A stretch of DNA of 64,000 bases from Paraspadella gotoi (GCA_051294375.1 CM119265.1:28240260-28304259); one strand, 5' to 3'; shown: positions 14,022 through 52,316, counted from the stretch's first letter. Translations and numbers: made by a program. The notes: generated by a model not told the origin, from the sequence alone.

Positions 14022-37406
<23,385 letters not shown>

Positions 37407-38964
37407 TCTCTCCTCTGAGTCTCGATTGTGAAGTGGAGAGACGAGTTGTTGTAGTTGTTACTCTCATTGTTGTTATTGTTATTGTTGTTATTGTTAATAC
37501 AGTTGATTTAGTTTTTCGTGTGATTGTTGTTGTTACTTCTTTTCATTGTCATTGTCATTTTGATGTTGTCGATGTTTTCATTGCTAACGTAGCTGTAGTT
37601 TTTTGTTGGAGTTGTTTTTTTTATCATTGTTGTTTTTCTTGTTGTCGTCGTCGTCGTTGTCGTCGTCATTACAATATTCATCTCTGAGACAAAAAGCTTT
37701 TGAATAAATCGACGCCTTTTCTACGTTCGTCGTTGTCATCGTCGTCGTGATCGTCGTCGGCTTCACCGTCGTTGTCATCGTCGTCGTCTTCATCGTCAAT
37801 GTCATCGTCGTCGTCGTCTTCATTGTCATTGTCGTCATCTTCATCGTCCTGGCCATCGTCGTTGTCATCGTTGTCGACGTCATTGTCATCATCGTCATCT
37901 TAATCGTCGTTGCCATCGTCGTTGCCATTGACGTTGTCATCGTCGTTATTCTCATTGGTGGAGATAAAAAATTCATCTTGTATTTGAAAGTCGTCGTCGT
38001 GATCGTTGTCGTCATCTTCGTAATCGTAATCGTCATTGTCATCATCTTCGTCGTCATTGTCTTCATCATCGCTTTTATCGTTTTTGTAATCATCATTGTC
38101 ATCATCGTCGTCGTCATTGTTGTCATCGTCTTCATCGCTGTCATCGCCGTCGTAGCATTATCGTCCATGATGCTCACTGAAAAATTCACAGTTTGAGTCG
38201 AAGCTGTGAATTCTTCATCAGCGCCGCCGCCGCCGCTGCCGCCGCCGCTGCCGTTGCCGCCGCCGCCGCCGCCGCTGCAGCCACCATCTTTGTTTCACCT
38301 TTTCTTCATTATTTTAAAATCCTTGTCTTATTTCAAGTTTGACCAATTAGTTACCGAATTTACAATTTATAAAATTTAGATAAATAAAAAAAAAAAGAAG
38401 GAAAAAAAATAAAAACAAGGTCCAGTTCAAATTCGCCTACGAATTTTCTTTAACCAAATAAAATATTTTTTTATCAAACATTTTTATTCTCATTCGCTCG
38501 TAGACATTCAAAAGCCGTTTGGCCCATTGGCTAGTATCACGTGGAATTAAATACATATAGTAATTAAGAATTAAAATGCTGAAACAATTAAACTAAAAGA
38601 AAAATTGAGATGATTCACAAAATCATTGTTATGATTTTTTTTTAAAAAAAGAAAAAAAAAGATTAAACTGAAAAAAGAAAAGAAAATAAAAATTAAGAAA
38701 AAAGTAAAGTAAAGTAAAGTAAAGTAAAGTAAAGTAAAGAAAAGAAAAGAAAAGAAAAGAAAAGAAAAGAAAAGAAAAGAAAAGAAAAGAAAAAAGAAAT
38801 GAAAAGAAAATAAAAGAAAAGAAAAGAAAATGAAGAAAGAAAGAAAAAAAAGAAGAGAAAGGAAAGAAAAAAATAAAATAAAAGAAAAGAAAAGTAAAGC
38901 TCACAAAACGACCGACAAAACGACCGAAAAAACAACCGACAAAACAACCGAAGAAACAAACTCC

Positions 38965-40379
38965 TCACGCGTCATCTTCCGGATCCAAATTGATTCTCGG
39001 CGCCGGCGCGACTTCCGGATCCGGCGCCTCCATGATCTCCACTTCAGGCGGGGTCGTTTTCGGCGCCGCGGCGCCCTCTGTCTCCACTGCGGAGTTCTCT
39101 TCCTCAACCTCGTGCCAGTCGGCGCCCTCGGCCGGAATCCGGAGCGGGACTCGCGCTTCCGGCGCCGGACGCCAGGGCGAAGGGACAGGCGGAGTCGACG
39201 AAGGCTGAAACGGTGGGATAGTAGGGCGGATTGAAATGGGTGAAAGGTTGAAGAGTGATAAAATTAATACATATATAGATGCTTTTAAATATTATTTTAA
39301 TTATTTTTAATATTAATTCAATTTATAATAAAATTATAAAGACCGATCTTTATAATATCTCATGTCATATAATGATAATGTTTGGAAAAATAATTTCTGA
39401 CTACATGATAAGTTAATTTTGTCCTGTCTTAATAGTTTAATAATTTAACCGCAGCAGTGAAAGAAAATATCTTTTTATCATAATAATATTTTATTATCTT
39501 AAAATATTAATTTGGATATAAGCAGTTTTTCCCATAAAGCTAAGCTTCTTTTGTATGGTAATAGCATTATAATATTGTTTGAGGATATAAACATATTTGT
39601 TGATTTGTTGATATATTATTTTGATTTTTTATATTGCCTTCTTACCTATTTGTATCAGTTCTAACATCATATTTTTTTTTAATTTTCAGGTTATCCAAAA
39701 GAATAACCTTTAAATCCCATATTATTATATATTATTACTTCTTATTTAACCATCACATAAGTTTTTTTATAGTATAAATTTTCTGAAGCAGTAAACTTTT
39801 TGGTCTCATTTATAGTATTACTGGTAACTCCAAATTAATATTAATTATCAAATCTATTTTTTTAATAAATTACGTGCAGAAGGATACTGGCACCTTATAT
39901 ATTCTGGTTAACAGTGAATTCAATTTATGATATAATGATAATTTTTATAAAAGATTAAAAAATTATCTTGCCATTTAAAAAAGTAATAGTATATATATAT
40001 AATTGGTTGTACTAATTTCATAATAAAAAAAATTTCAACTGATTTACAAAATATATTTTTACTCAATATTATTGATATTATCTTTGCTTTATTTAAAGCT
40101 CATGTATGTACTGAATCAATTTTAATGAATTCGAAATAAAACTCATATATAATAATTTTTCCCCATTTCCCTCAATTCGCTCCACCTTAGTCGGATTTAT
40201 GGGCGACTCTTCCCCGAGATTAGGATTGTAGACATGAACTCCCGAATCGGCGCCGGAATCCAGATCCGCGCCGGAATGTCGATCCGCGCCGGAAACGGGA
40301 TCGGCGCCGGAAAGTCCGACGCTGATGGCGTCGAGTCGCTCGTGACTTCGAATGTCCGTCACCAGATGGCGAGTGGAGA

Positions 40380-40412
<33 letters not shown>

Positions 40413-43359
40413 GAGAGCGGGGAATCTGAGAAAGAAAAAATCAGGATGAAGAGTGAGATAGAGAGATAGGCTGACAGACCGACCGACAGACTGAGAAAAA
40501 GTTAAACTGAGCGACTCACAGACAGACAGACCGTGCGGCAGACTGACAGAAAAATGGACACCGTCCAGAAGAAACATCAAAACAGACAGACAGGCAGACC
40601 ATGCGTCAGGCTGACAAAAAAAAGAGAGAGCGAAAAAGAGGGAGACAGAATTTAAAAAGAATGAAAATTTGAACAGAAGGATAAACAAAGCGATTATAGA
40701 AAGAGAGACAGACTGACTGACCTCACGTCCGATCGTCGTTGAGTCGCTTCTTCTTCGTCGTCGTCGTCGTCGTCGTCGCCGTTGATGTCGTTGTTGTTGT
40801 TGTTGTTGTTGCTCTTGGTTTATTACATGAGAAACTGAAACAAAGCGATACATTTCCAAATAATTTATTAATCAGTGAAGGGCTCGAATTAATTAACCAA
40901 TCGATCCATCAATTATTCAATCAATCAACCCAAACTTAGTCGATAAATCAATCAATAAATCTATCAATCAATCAATCAATCTATCCAGGGATCAATCAAT
41001 CAAATCAGTCAATCAAACAACCAATCAATCAATCAATCAATCCTCGTTACCGTGATCGCCAGATGAAAAATGAATTCGGACGAAATCTTCGGCGAAAATA
41101 CTTTCTTCATTCGTTTCATCTTTGGATATAAATGGAAAAAAAGAGGAAAAAGATCAAACTAGGTTGATATAGGTAATTATTTAAATAGATTATTTAAACA
41201 GATTTAGCCTTAATCACTTAAGCTGAACTGTTTAAAATTATTTAAATAGATTATTTAAACAGATTTAGCCTTAATCACTTACGCTAAACTATTTAAATTA
41301 TTTAAATAGATTATTTACACAGATTTAGCCTTAATCACTTACGCTAAACTATTTAAAATTATTTAAATAGATTATTTAAACAGATTTAGCCTTAATCACT
41401 TACGCTAAACTCAGGTACAACTCTAGATTTATCCTAGTCCCCCTAAACACACTAAATCCTTCCTCCTCCGACTACTGCTCCCCAAATCCTTTCCTGTTTG
41501 ACCTCCTTTTCCCCTAAATCCTTCCCCTCCCAACCTTCTCCCCACTAAATCCTTCCCCTCATGACCTTCTCCTACTAACCCTTCCCTGTTTGACCTCCTT
41601 TTCCCCAAATCCTTTTCTCTCCCGACCTTCTCCCTACTAAATCCTTCCCGTTTGACCTTGTTTTCCCCTAAATCCTTCCCCTCATGACTGTCTCCCCACT
41701 AAATCCTTCCCCTCCAACCTTCTCCCACTAAATCCTTCCCCTCATGACCTTCTTCCCACTAAATCCTTCCCCTCCCAACCTTCTCCCACTAAATCCTTCC
41801 CCTCATGAGCTTTCCCCACTAAATACTTCCCTGTTTGACCTTGTTTTCCCCTAAATCCTTTCTCTCCCGACCTTCTCCCCACTAAATCCTTCCTCCCAAC
41901 CTTCTCCCACTAAATCCTTCTCCCTTCCTCAATAGAGCCTACTTCCCCACTAAATCCTTCCCTGTTTGACCTCGTTTTCCCCTAAATCCTTCCCCCCTCA
42001 CCTCTCAGCTGATGGATTCGTCCGTATTTCCCGAAGAATAAATCTCCTCCTTCGGCTTCGGCGATTTTGCGAATTAATTTCGCTCTCGTCGCTGAAAAAA
42101 AAAAAAATTAAAAAGATCAATGGTTAACCATAGTTCATTTAACATTATTTAACATTATCATTCCTTGATTCTTTTTTATTTTTTCTTAATTTTTTTTTTT
42201 AATAATCTTGCTAATTATTAATCATTCATTATTCATTATTCACTCATTATTCTTTTATTGATTTTGTCATGAATATTGCTATCTTAACTTTTCAAACAAG
42301 AACCTGTAGATATCTCAATTGTATTGATTTTCGGTTTCCTGTGTTCTAATTGATGCGTGTGGAATTTTAAAAAAAGCTTCCAATTTAAAAAAGAAAAAAA
42401 TTTTAAAAAGTGTAAGAAAAAAGTTGGAAACGGAAATTAAACAGAGGAAATGGATTTTAGTTTCTTGTTCATTTTTTTTTTCATCTTCAGGAAAAAAAGA
42501 AAATTCTAGAATTCTAGAAAAAAAAACTGTCAATCATTTTCAATTGTGAATCTATTTTAAATTTTTCGATCTCCTTTTAGTTACAATCCTTGTTTGTTAT
42601 CAAAATCTATTAGACAATAACTAAGATCGACAAATAATTAAGCACAAAAGGTGAACTAATTTATGAAAAAAAGAATATAAATTAGATGAATTAAAATGTT
42701 AAATTCTTAAAAAAAGAAAAAAAAAACGTTTGAGACTTTGAGCTGGAAAATTGGAAAATGTTTTCGCATCTCGATCATCATATGAGAGAGAAAAAAAAAC
42801 AAATTAAAATCTTTAAATATTTGGAATTCTTGAAATTACTGTGGATTTGGCCTCACAACCTCACAGGCGGAACCGCTTAAAAAGGCGCTGAGGAAATTTG
42901 TGTTATTCTTTGAAAAATCATCAATCGTAGAAAAAGAGGAAATTGACTGGAAGACAAATGGGAACAAAGAAATCGCAAAATACATTTGCAAAGGAAATAA
43001 GGAATTCGCAAAATGATTCAATGTCCAAATCCAAGATAAGCCAAGTTTTTAATGGTCACAAATTAAAAATAATACGTGAAATAAAGAAAATTAATAAATA
43101 GGAATAAAAGAAATAAAGTTTAAAAAAATAAACAAAAATAATTTCCAAATTTTCTAGAAACGGAGTCGAAGACAACAACATCAAACAACAACATCAACAA
43201 CTACAACAACAGCAACAACAACAACAAACCATTGATTGGCGAATTCGTTGTTTTTGTTTCAGATTTTTGTCGATTTTCTTCTTCATCGAAGACAAAACCG
43301 TCGACGACGACGACGACGACGACGAAGACGACGACGAACGTGTTCACTTTTGGTGCCAT
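38965..43359 (-). CDS. Unrecognised multi-exon gene, possibly a secreted precursor
   Basis: GT-AG exons 42002-42091, 41051-41119, 40722-40834, 40186-40425 and 38965-39204 splice with consistent phases into one open frame (TRAKLIRKIAEAEGGDLFFGKYGRIHQLRDETNEESIFAEDFVRIHFSSGDHVSHVINQEQQQ..RRRRS..PEDDA). Candidate first exon MAPKVNTFVVVFVVVVVVVDG from 43359; the linking exons are unresolved. Confidence 0.55.
41175..41410. repeat. ~60-nt tandem repeat, four copies
   Basis: AATTATTTAAATAGATTATTTAAACAGATTTAGCCTTAATCACTTACGCTAAACTATTTA repeated. Confidence 0.9.
41445..42000. repeat. ~29-nt C-rich minisatellite (CCCACTAAATCCTTCCCCTC...)
   Basis: About 18 variant units that begin at the splice donor of exon 42002-42091. 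Confidence 0.9.
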
Positions 43360-43598
43360 TTTCGATGTTTCGTCCCAAATTTTGCTTTTTTTTCTTGTTT
43401 TTTTTTGGTTTTTTTTGAAATTTTTTCTTGTTGGAATTAAAGGAAGTTGTTTTCGTTGTTGTTTTTTCTTCTGAAATGTTTTCTTTCTCACATTTTGTGA
43501 TATTTACTTTTATGTTATTTCTTTTTTCCTTTTTTTCTTTGTTTTGTCTTTTTAGTTTTTTCGGTTCGTCACTCAACTCGCGACAATGACATCTGTTT

Positions 43599-43691
<93 letters not shown>

Positions 43692-43920
43692 GTTATTATT
43701 GGTATTTGTTTTGGCAAATATTTATAATCTCATCTATTATTAGTTTATTTAAGTTTTTAATCCCAGGATTTAAAAATATTTTCCAAATCGATGAGTGGAC
43801 TTTTAAAAAAGATTTTCACAGAAATTTTGGGATTTAAAAAAAAGTTCAATTGTCTGTTCCATTGATTCGTGTTTGTTTGTTTTTATATTTTCATTTTGTT
43901 GAAACTTTCATTTGATTTGA

Positions 43921-44270
43921 TTTTTAGCCGGATCTGCTTTTGGCAGATTCAGGCTCTTTAATTCACTTTGTCGTTCCGTAGTCAAACATATGTCACTAAT
44001 TGATTAATTGATTTTATATATTAAATGTTATTGCAAGCTGTATTAATTAATAAGTCAAATAATTATTCAGGAAATCAACTAATAAAATAAATTTTTAATC
44101 AAATAATTATTAAATCAATCATTCAAATAAGCTTGACTTGACTTGACTTGACTTGAAAGGCAAAAAAAACAAACCAAGTTTAAGCAAACAATGCCGGATC
44201 TGAATAATAATGAAATAATTGATTACTGCTAATGATCATGGGCAGATCCGCCCATGTTTGCTCAAACTTT
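43921..44270 (+). mobile_element. HINE/Helentron-like short element, second family
   Basis: T-run, 5' hairpin GCCGGATCTGC..GCAGATTCAGGC, then CTTTAATTCACTTTGTCG, internal (CTTGA)n, subterminal GCCGGATCTG and 3' palindrome CATGGGCAGATCCGCCCATG. A related 5' end lies at 63888. Confidence 0.45.
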
Positions 44271-44952
44271 TTTTCAGAATTTTGAAATTAGAAATTTGTT
44301 TTTACATATATATTATTACTTATTATTTATTCATTTATTTATTACTTAATCGTACTGATGCACTGATGCAATCATAAACTTGTTAAAACTTTTTTTTTTA
44401 AATTTGACGAAAATTGTCCTTCAGAATTTCAGATTTTTTTTCTTCACTTCTTAATTTTTTCTCATTTTTGTTCTTTTTTTGTTCTTTTTTTTTTTGTCTT
44501 TTTGTCTTTTTCTTCCGCGACGACGTCACTCGCCGTTTCGCCCTGAAAAGAAAACCCACCGTCGATGACTCGCTCTCTCTCCGTTTCACTCTCTCTCTTT
44601 ATCTTTCTCTCTTTCTTACTCTCTCTCTCTCTTCCTCTCTTTATCTTTCTAAATTTAACACGAAGGCGAAAATGTTGCTTCGGGAGAAGTTCCTCCTAAA
44701 ATTGAGATGAGTAGGACTACAAGAGAGAGACAGAAAATTAAAAAAAATAAAAAACAGAAGATGAAAAAAAAGACAGAAGATAAAAAATTAAAAAAAACAT
44801 AAGATGAAAAAAACAGAAGATAAAAAAGAAAAAAAGAAAAAGGGAGAAGATGAGAAAAAAGAAAAAGACAAAGTATTTTTAAATAAAGGAAAAGACACAA
44901 AATGAAAAAAAAACTGAAAATAAAAAAAGGAAAAAATAGAAGCAGTAAAGGA

Positions 44953-45270
44953 AACAAGAACGTTAATTCAAATGTGTTGCGCCGCAGTGACTGCCTTATC
45001 ACGTGTATTTCTCTTGACATGACATGACTTGACATGACATAACTTGACATATCATGACTACATGACTACAATAACTTCCATAGCCCGTATGTTTACGATA
45101 TGCACTGCAGTCCCTTAGATTTGAGGTTTTTTCCTGTCTTAACAAAATAGAAACCAACTATAGGCAAATTATATGCATTTTAACGTAAGTGGGACAGACC
45201 GACGGACAGACATACCGACCGACTGACCGAACGACCAACGGACCGATGGACCGACCGAAAAGTGACTAAA
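44953..45270 (-). mobile_element. HINE-like dispersed repeat, inverted copy of 13021-13390
   Basis: Reverse complement shares AGTCACTTTTCGGTCGGT, CACTTACGTTAAAA(A)TGCATATA, AAAAAACCTCAAATC and GTCACTGC..CGCAACACATT. Confidence 0.65.
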
Positions 45271-45584
45271 AAGAAAGAAAAAGACAGAAGATGAAAAAAA
45301 AATTCAAAAAAATTCAAAAAATAACAAAGAAAATGAAAAATGAAAGAATAAAACAAAATCTGATAAGATAAAAATATTTTTAAGAAAAGCTTTTACTCAA
45401 AATATCATCATAAATTTTATTGGCTTTAATTTTTGACGAAGAGAGAATGTATGTTTAACAATCATAAAACATTTATCCATTTTTAGTCTAGTTTTGGAGT
45501 AAAATCTAGCGATCCCTTAATAACAAATCTATTTTTTTTATATTGCTAAGAGACTAAGACGATTTGAATGACGTGAGAAAAAAA

Positions 45585-45660
<76 letters not shown>

Positions 45661-46466
45661 TAAAATGATGGATATAAAGAGAGAATGGTTATCTCTCTTT
45701 AAATGTGAATTGAAATGGATTTATTATGAGGCGAATGGAATGCGGAAAATTGATAATCGAATGGCAAGTATGATATTGATATTGATAAATTGAAAATTGA
45801 TAATGAAACGAATGAAATAATGAAATAAGAAACACTACTCGATTCATTATTCATTTTATGTTATAGTATTTTTAATTATTAATGTTTAATTCATCGATTT
45901 AACTAACGAACCGTGCGAATACTTTAATTGTTATAATTGAAAGCAAGTACACCAAAGACAAAATGATTTTTCTATATTTTTGTTTCAATTTTTAATACGC
46001 TTTTCCATATTTTGCTTGTCTCTATTTTAAATATTTTACTTTTATAAACGCGTTCTATTTATTATTCTTGTGTTCATCCCACGATTTGCAATATACCGCT
46101 GTTCCTTCCTTAATTAATTCTGATTTGATTTCAAAGCGATTCGCTTTTGAGCAAAGAAATCCGAATATTTTAGGAAAATACATTCTCTTTTACTTTTATG
46201 CGAAATAAATATGGCATTCGATTCTTTTTTGAGAGATGTTATTTTTTGATACAATACTACATTTTTGTTTCCAATTGAAAATGCCAAAGAGCTTATATTA
46301 AAACAGTTAAAAATATTTTTATTTTCTATTTGATGCAAAATAGAATAAAAGAAATATCCTCTTTATTTCTTGTTTTATTCTTCTATTCAATCGCGACAGA
46401 TATTCGAAAACTCTCTCTCTCTCTTTCAAATCTCTCTCTCTCTCTCTCATCTTCTCTCTTCTCTCT

Positions 46467-46507
<41 letters not shown>

Positions 46508-49500
46508 TCTTATTCGAAGTGCACTTATCGCCTAAAAGCTTTCGAATACGTTTCGTCTTCCACGCATCGTCTTCTCTCAGCTTACGCATCAATCAATCAA
46601 ATCATCTCACATCAATTAACATCCAACCTAGTCAAACAAGAAAACTACCTAATCTATCAAACCAATACAAACGATCTCGAACCACTCAATAATCCACATG
46701 TAGTCGGGCATTGCCTATGGTTTCTACCCGCCTATAAGGCACTTTTCAGTTTGTGACCTCCGTTTGGGGTTCACTTGAGCGATAAAGCCATCAACCTATC
46801 ATAGACCACATAATAGGTACACATGGTTCAATCCCAACCCCGCGTTCAAGACCACTCCAGCTCTAGAGGGGGCTTATAAAGTTTAGGGATATTCATCGGA
46901 TTAGTCACTTAGCGCCTTTTGAAGTGAAGAACCTTTGACGAAAAAAATTACAGGTTTGTAACTTTGTCCTTCAAATATCGCAGACCTTAATTCATCAAAC
47001 AAATTTGTCATTTACAAAAGCCTTTCTTTTTTTCTTTTCCTCCTTTTTCCTCAATCTTGTCACACCCTTCTTATTTTCACACTACTCTCTCTCTCTTTTC
47101 CTTTCTTTGTCACATTACTCTCTCTCTTTTTCTTTTTTGTCACACTACTCTCTCTCTCTCTTTTCCTTTCTTTGTCACATTACTCTCTCTCTTTTTCTTT
47201 TTTGTCACACTACTCTCACTCTCTCTTTTTCTTTTTTTGTCACACTACTCTCTCTCTCTCTCTTTTCCCTTCTTTGTCACACCTCTCTTATTTTCACACT
47301 TCTCGCTCAACATTTTCACGAATCTTTAAATCCAACTTCTTAACCTCAGCTTTTTTGCACAGAAAAAAAAAGGCGGAAGTCGTCGTCGTCATTTTCGTTG
47401 TTCTTGTCGTTGTTTTCGTCTTCGTCTTCGTTGTTGTTGTTGTTGTTGTTCTTGTCGTTGTTTTCGTCTTCGTTTTTGTTGTTGTTGTTGTTGTTTTCGT
47501 CTTCGTTTTCGTCTTCGTCGTTGTTGTTCTTGTCGTCGTCGTTTTCGTTGTCAAAACTCTTCGCATTTTTTTTTCTCATAATAAAAAATATCGATGGTTT
47601 TATTTTTATTTTTTTNNNNNNNNNNNNNNNNNNNNNNNNNNNNNNNNNNNNNNNNNNNNNNNNNNNNNNNNNNNNNNNNNNNNNNNNNNNNNNNNNNNNN
47701 NNNNNNNNNNNNNNNNNNNNNNNNNNNNNNNNNNNNNNNNNNNNNNNNNNNNNNNNNNNNNNNNNNNNNNNNNNNNNNNNNNNNNNNNNNNNNNNNNNNN
47801 NNNNNNNNNNNNNNNNNNNNNNNNNNNNNNNNNNNNNNNNNNNNNNNNNNNNNNNNNNNNNNNNNNNNNNNNNNNNNNNNNNNNNNNNNNNNNNNNNNNN
47901 NNNNNNNNNNNNNNNNNNNNNNNNNNNNNNNNNNNNNNNNNNNNNNNNNNNNNNNNNNNNNNNNNNNNNNNNNNTCTCCACCCTATATTGACGTCTCTTC
48001 TGGCATTTTCCAAGAACCGAACTGAAATCTGAGATAAACAAGATTTTTTTTTAAATTATTCTCAAATTTTTTAATTAATTTTTTTCATTTTTTTTTCTTT
48101 TGAATTTTAATTTTTATGTTTAATTCACAAAAAAGTCAAAATTTGTGATGTTTAAAGAAATGAAAAAAATATGTTATTGTTTTCTTTTTTCTTTTCAAAA
48201 ACAAAAAATAAAACAGAATAATTAAGACGTAGAGAAAATTGTATTGACTTAAGTTACACGGTATAAGTTAATCCAAAAATGTTACTGGTTTTTATGTTAA
48301 TGTCTATTGTTATATTTTATTTTATTAGTATAATTTTTGCTTACTTACCGTGTTCCAGCCTTTTGTTTTTGATTATATCAATATCATTTTTTGTTCGATT
48401 TAAAAAATATCCAAAAATAAAACGTGTCACAAAACCAAAAAAATATAAAATTTGTCAAATAAATGAATACGTGAGAGTGTGACAAATCACTTGCGAGAGT
48501 GAGGCGCGTGATTATGAGTTAGAGAGGTGACATAAAGTTGGATTAAATTTACATAGTTGAGGGTGAAAATTAAGTGAATGAAATATTATTAAATGTAGTG
48601 GATGTTAAAATGTGGCGAGCTAATAAGAAATGAGTGTAACTTACGACACAGTTTGATAAAACGCCTTAATATTAGAATATACGGAAAATAGTTAACATGT
48701 TTTTTCTTAGTTGTGAAGTGAACTGAAGTAAACGGCGCCAAAGTGAAAAAAAGGCAAAAATGAAAGTGTAGAAAACGCAAAAGAGAAAGGCGCCAAGCGA
48801 AAAGGCGCCAAGCGAAAAGGCGCTAGGTAAAAAAGCGCGCGTTGATCGCGCGTCGAATTTGCGTTGATTCTCTTTTCGCGCTCAAAACGAAGAGGAGCGC
48901 GCGAAGAGTTCCATCTGGCGGCGAAAAAAAAAGAACACTGAAAAATTAATACGACACGGAATTTACTTATATATAACCATAATTTTGTAACAGTCATCAT
49001 TATTATGCTTATACATATGAAAAAAATATAAAATAGACAAAAACGAAGAAAAACAAACAAAGAAAAAATTACAAAAAAATAAATAAAACTAAAGAAAAAT
49101 GTTAAAATTAACGACGATCTATTTATAAACTAATTAATGAATATACAGTTTCTATTGTAATTTAGTTTAATTTTAATTAAAGAACATCAGTTTCTTCCAA
49201 GATTAAAATTTTGTATGGTCTGTTAATAAAGCTGCTCTGATATTAACTGGTTTAGTTAATTAAATTATTTTACGACGAATGCGATTAATATTCATTAATT
49301 AAATTAATTATCAATTGTTAATTAATTCTTTTACGAGCGAATACGATTAATTATTATTAATTGTTTTAATTATCAAGTTAATTAATTCTTTTACGACGAA
49401 TACGATTAATAATTGTAAAAGAGAAGCAATATTTCCAACATCTCGCATGAAAGACGAGACAGACGACGCGGCGGGAAAACGTAGGAATGAAATATTGAAG

Positions 49501-50954
49501 GGGTTGATGAAAGTCGCCGAGCGGCATCAATGGTCTGAGGAGCGAGGAGACTTTGCTGAAGCAGCGAATCTGGTGACAAAGCGACAATTGAGAGAAATTG
49601 CAACAACAAAAAAAAAAATAGAAACTAGAAAAATGGAAGAGATTATTGATAAAGGAAAATGGCAAAGAAAATGGCAAGGAAAATGGCAAATGGAAAATGG
49701 CAAATGAAAATGGCAAAGGAAAAAATGGCAAAAGAAAATGGGAGAAAAATTTTCGAAGTAAAATAGTATAGGAAAAAAATTCAATGGAAAATGGCATCGT
49801 AAATATCAAAGAAAAATGGCAAGAAAAAATGGGAAAAAAATAGCAAGAGAAAATGGCAAACAAAAAAGGCCGAGAGAAAAAGAGCTAAGTATAAGCTATG
49901 CAAAGAAATGGCAAAGGAAAGGAAGTTAGCAAGAAAGACAATGGCAGAGAATAATGGTCTTGGAAAATGGCAAAGGAAAACGGGAAAGAGAGCACCACGA
50001 TTATAACTTAATTACGTAAAACTAAGTTTAAAAAGCTTAATGGTTTTTTTCTGCTTTTAAAGAAATCGATAAACCCAGTAAGTTATTGTGTTTCATTTTT
50101 AGTCTATACAAAAAAGCAAAGAAAAGCAACATAAAGTAAAACAAGGCAACAAAAAAGCGACAACGAAAAGCAACCGGTCTGTTGTTTCGAGGCGTCGCCA
50201 AGTCTTTTCGCCTCGAGAAAGAAAAATCGTTTTTCCTCATTAAAAATCGACGTCGTATAATCGAAGTTAAAAGAGAAAAAAAATGGCGTCGAGAATGAGT
50301 AAAGCTCTTGTTGTTGTTGTTGTTGTGAATTGGTCGTGGTTTTGTTGATGTTGTGGTTGTTGCTGCAGTTGTATTTTTTTTTGTTTTATTGTTGTTGTTG
50401 TAGTTTTTTGTTTGGTTGTAGTTGTTCTTGTTGCTGTTTTCCCTGTTATTGTTGATGCTGTTGTAGTTTTTTTTGTTTTGTTGTTGTTGTTGTTATCGGT
50501 TTCTGTTGTTGTTATTTTGTTGTTATCATTGGTATTGTGAATTTTTTGTTGTTATCATTATCATTTTCATTGTTTGTGTTGTTGTTTTTTTTCGGTTGTT
50601 GTTGTTGTCGTCCGTGACTCGGAGCGAGAAAGAAACAGACGCGGCACAACGGAAGCGAACATCGGTGAACGCATCACGCAATGTTATCATCATCATCATC
50701 GTCATCGTCATCATCATCAATATCATCCCTATCATTATCATCGTCGATGTCGTTATCTTCATTATCATCGTCATCATCATCATCATCAGCATCATTGTTT
50801 TATCATCATCATCGTCGTCGTCATCATGATCACCACTATTTTCCTGCTGCTGCACATTTTCCTTCAGTCAATATTAAACGAAGTCAAATCAAGTGTTTAT
50901 CACTTCACATTCACACGACGGTTCCATTAGGATTGTACCCACGTAGGATTGCGT

Positions 50955-51004
<50 letters not shown>

Positions 51005-51154
51005 CTGATGACAAAGACGACGATGACGAAGATGACGACGACGAAAATGATGGTGACGATGACAAAGACAAAGTGTAAAAAGGTTGACAACGACGAAGAC
51101 GATGACGACAGTGGAAAAAGAACAACGATGACGACGACTATGAATGAAGGCCGA

Positions 51155-51197
<43 letters not shown>

Positions 51198-51434
51198 AAC
51201 CAGGAGCTCTTTATGGTATCGAGTCCATTAATTATCTTTATGGTATCAAGATCATTAATTATATCGTTAATTCGAGCGAAAATCAATTTTGAATTTTTCG
51301 TTCGGAGGAGAAAAAAATTATGGAGGAGGAAAAAATAAAAGCAGGAAGGAGAAGTGAGAAGGAATGAAAGAATGAATAAATCAATCAATCGGAGAATGAA
51401 TTAATTAATAACGGGGTAATACAGTGAATGATTG

Positions 51435-51475
<41 letters not shown>

Positions 51476-52316
51476 GAGAATGAATTAATTATTAAAAGGG
51501 TAATACAATGAATGATTGAATGAATGAATGAATAAATAAATAAATAAATAAATATATTAATTAATTAATTGAATAATTAATTAATTAATTAATTATTTAA
51601 TGAATAAAAGTATAAATGAATTAATTAATTATTAAAATGGAAAACAATTAATTGATTCATTCATTCATTCATTCATTCATGCATTCATTCATTCATTCTC
51701 ATTTATTAATTATTTAATTAATTAATGAATGAATGAATAAATGAATGAAGGAAAAAATGAATGAATGAATGAATAAATGAATGAATCAAGAGAAGAATGA
51801 ATAGAAGATGAATGAATTAATTAATAATTGGGAATATAATGAATGAATGAATGAATGAATGAATGAATGAATGAATGAATGAATAGACGAATTAATATAT
51901 TAATTAATAAAGGGTGAATACAATGAAAGAATTAATGAATGAATGAATCAATCAATCAATCAATGAATCAATCAATGAATCAATAGAAGAATGAATAGAA
52001 TGGATAAATTCATTAATAATGGGTGATTAAAATGAATGAATGAATGATTGAATTAATGAATTAATAAATTAATTAATCAATCAATCAATTAATGAAATAA
52101 TTGAATAAAAGAAAGAAAAAAAAAGAATAAAAGAAAGAGCACAAACCAATAATTTCAGGGAACAAAAAGTTGAAACATAGAAAATAGATTAAATAGAAAA
52201 TAGAAAATAAAAATAGAAAATATAAAATATTTATAAAAAAAACTAAGAAGGGAAAAAAAGAAAAAGAGTCAATCTCCTTTTTTTTCTTAATGAAATCTCA
52301 CTTTTTTCGTTTATTT

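Noticed and set aside
41175-42000. CRISPR-like arrays here and at 1020-1180, 27860-28585, 57555-57690, 61224-61430
   Set aside because: Head-to-tail minisatellites without unique spacers, in spliceosomal introns or intergenic DNA, with no cas genes.
46690-46880. tRNA or SINE-like segment with GGTTCAATCCC (similar impressions at 9240-9470, 60590-60780)
   Set aside because: No cloverleaf and no second copy in the window.
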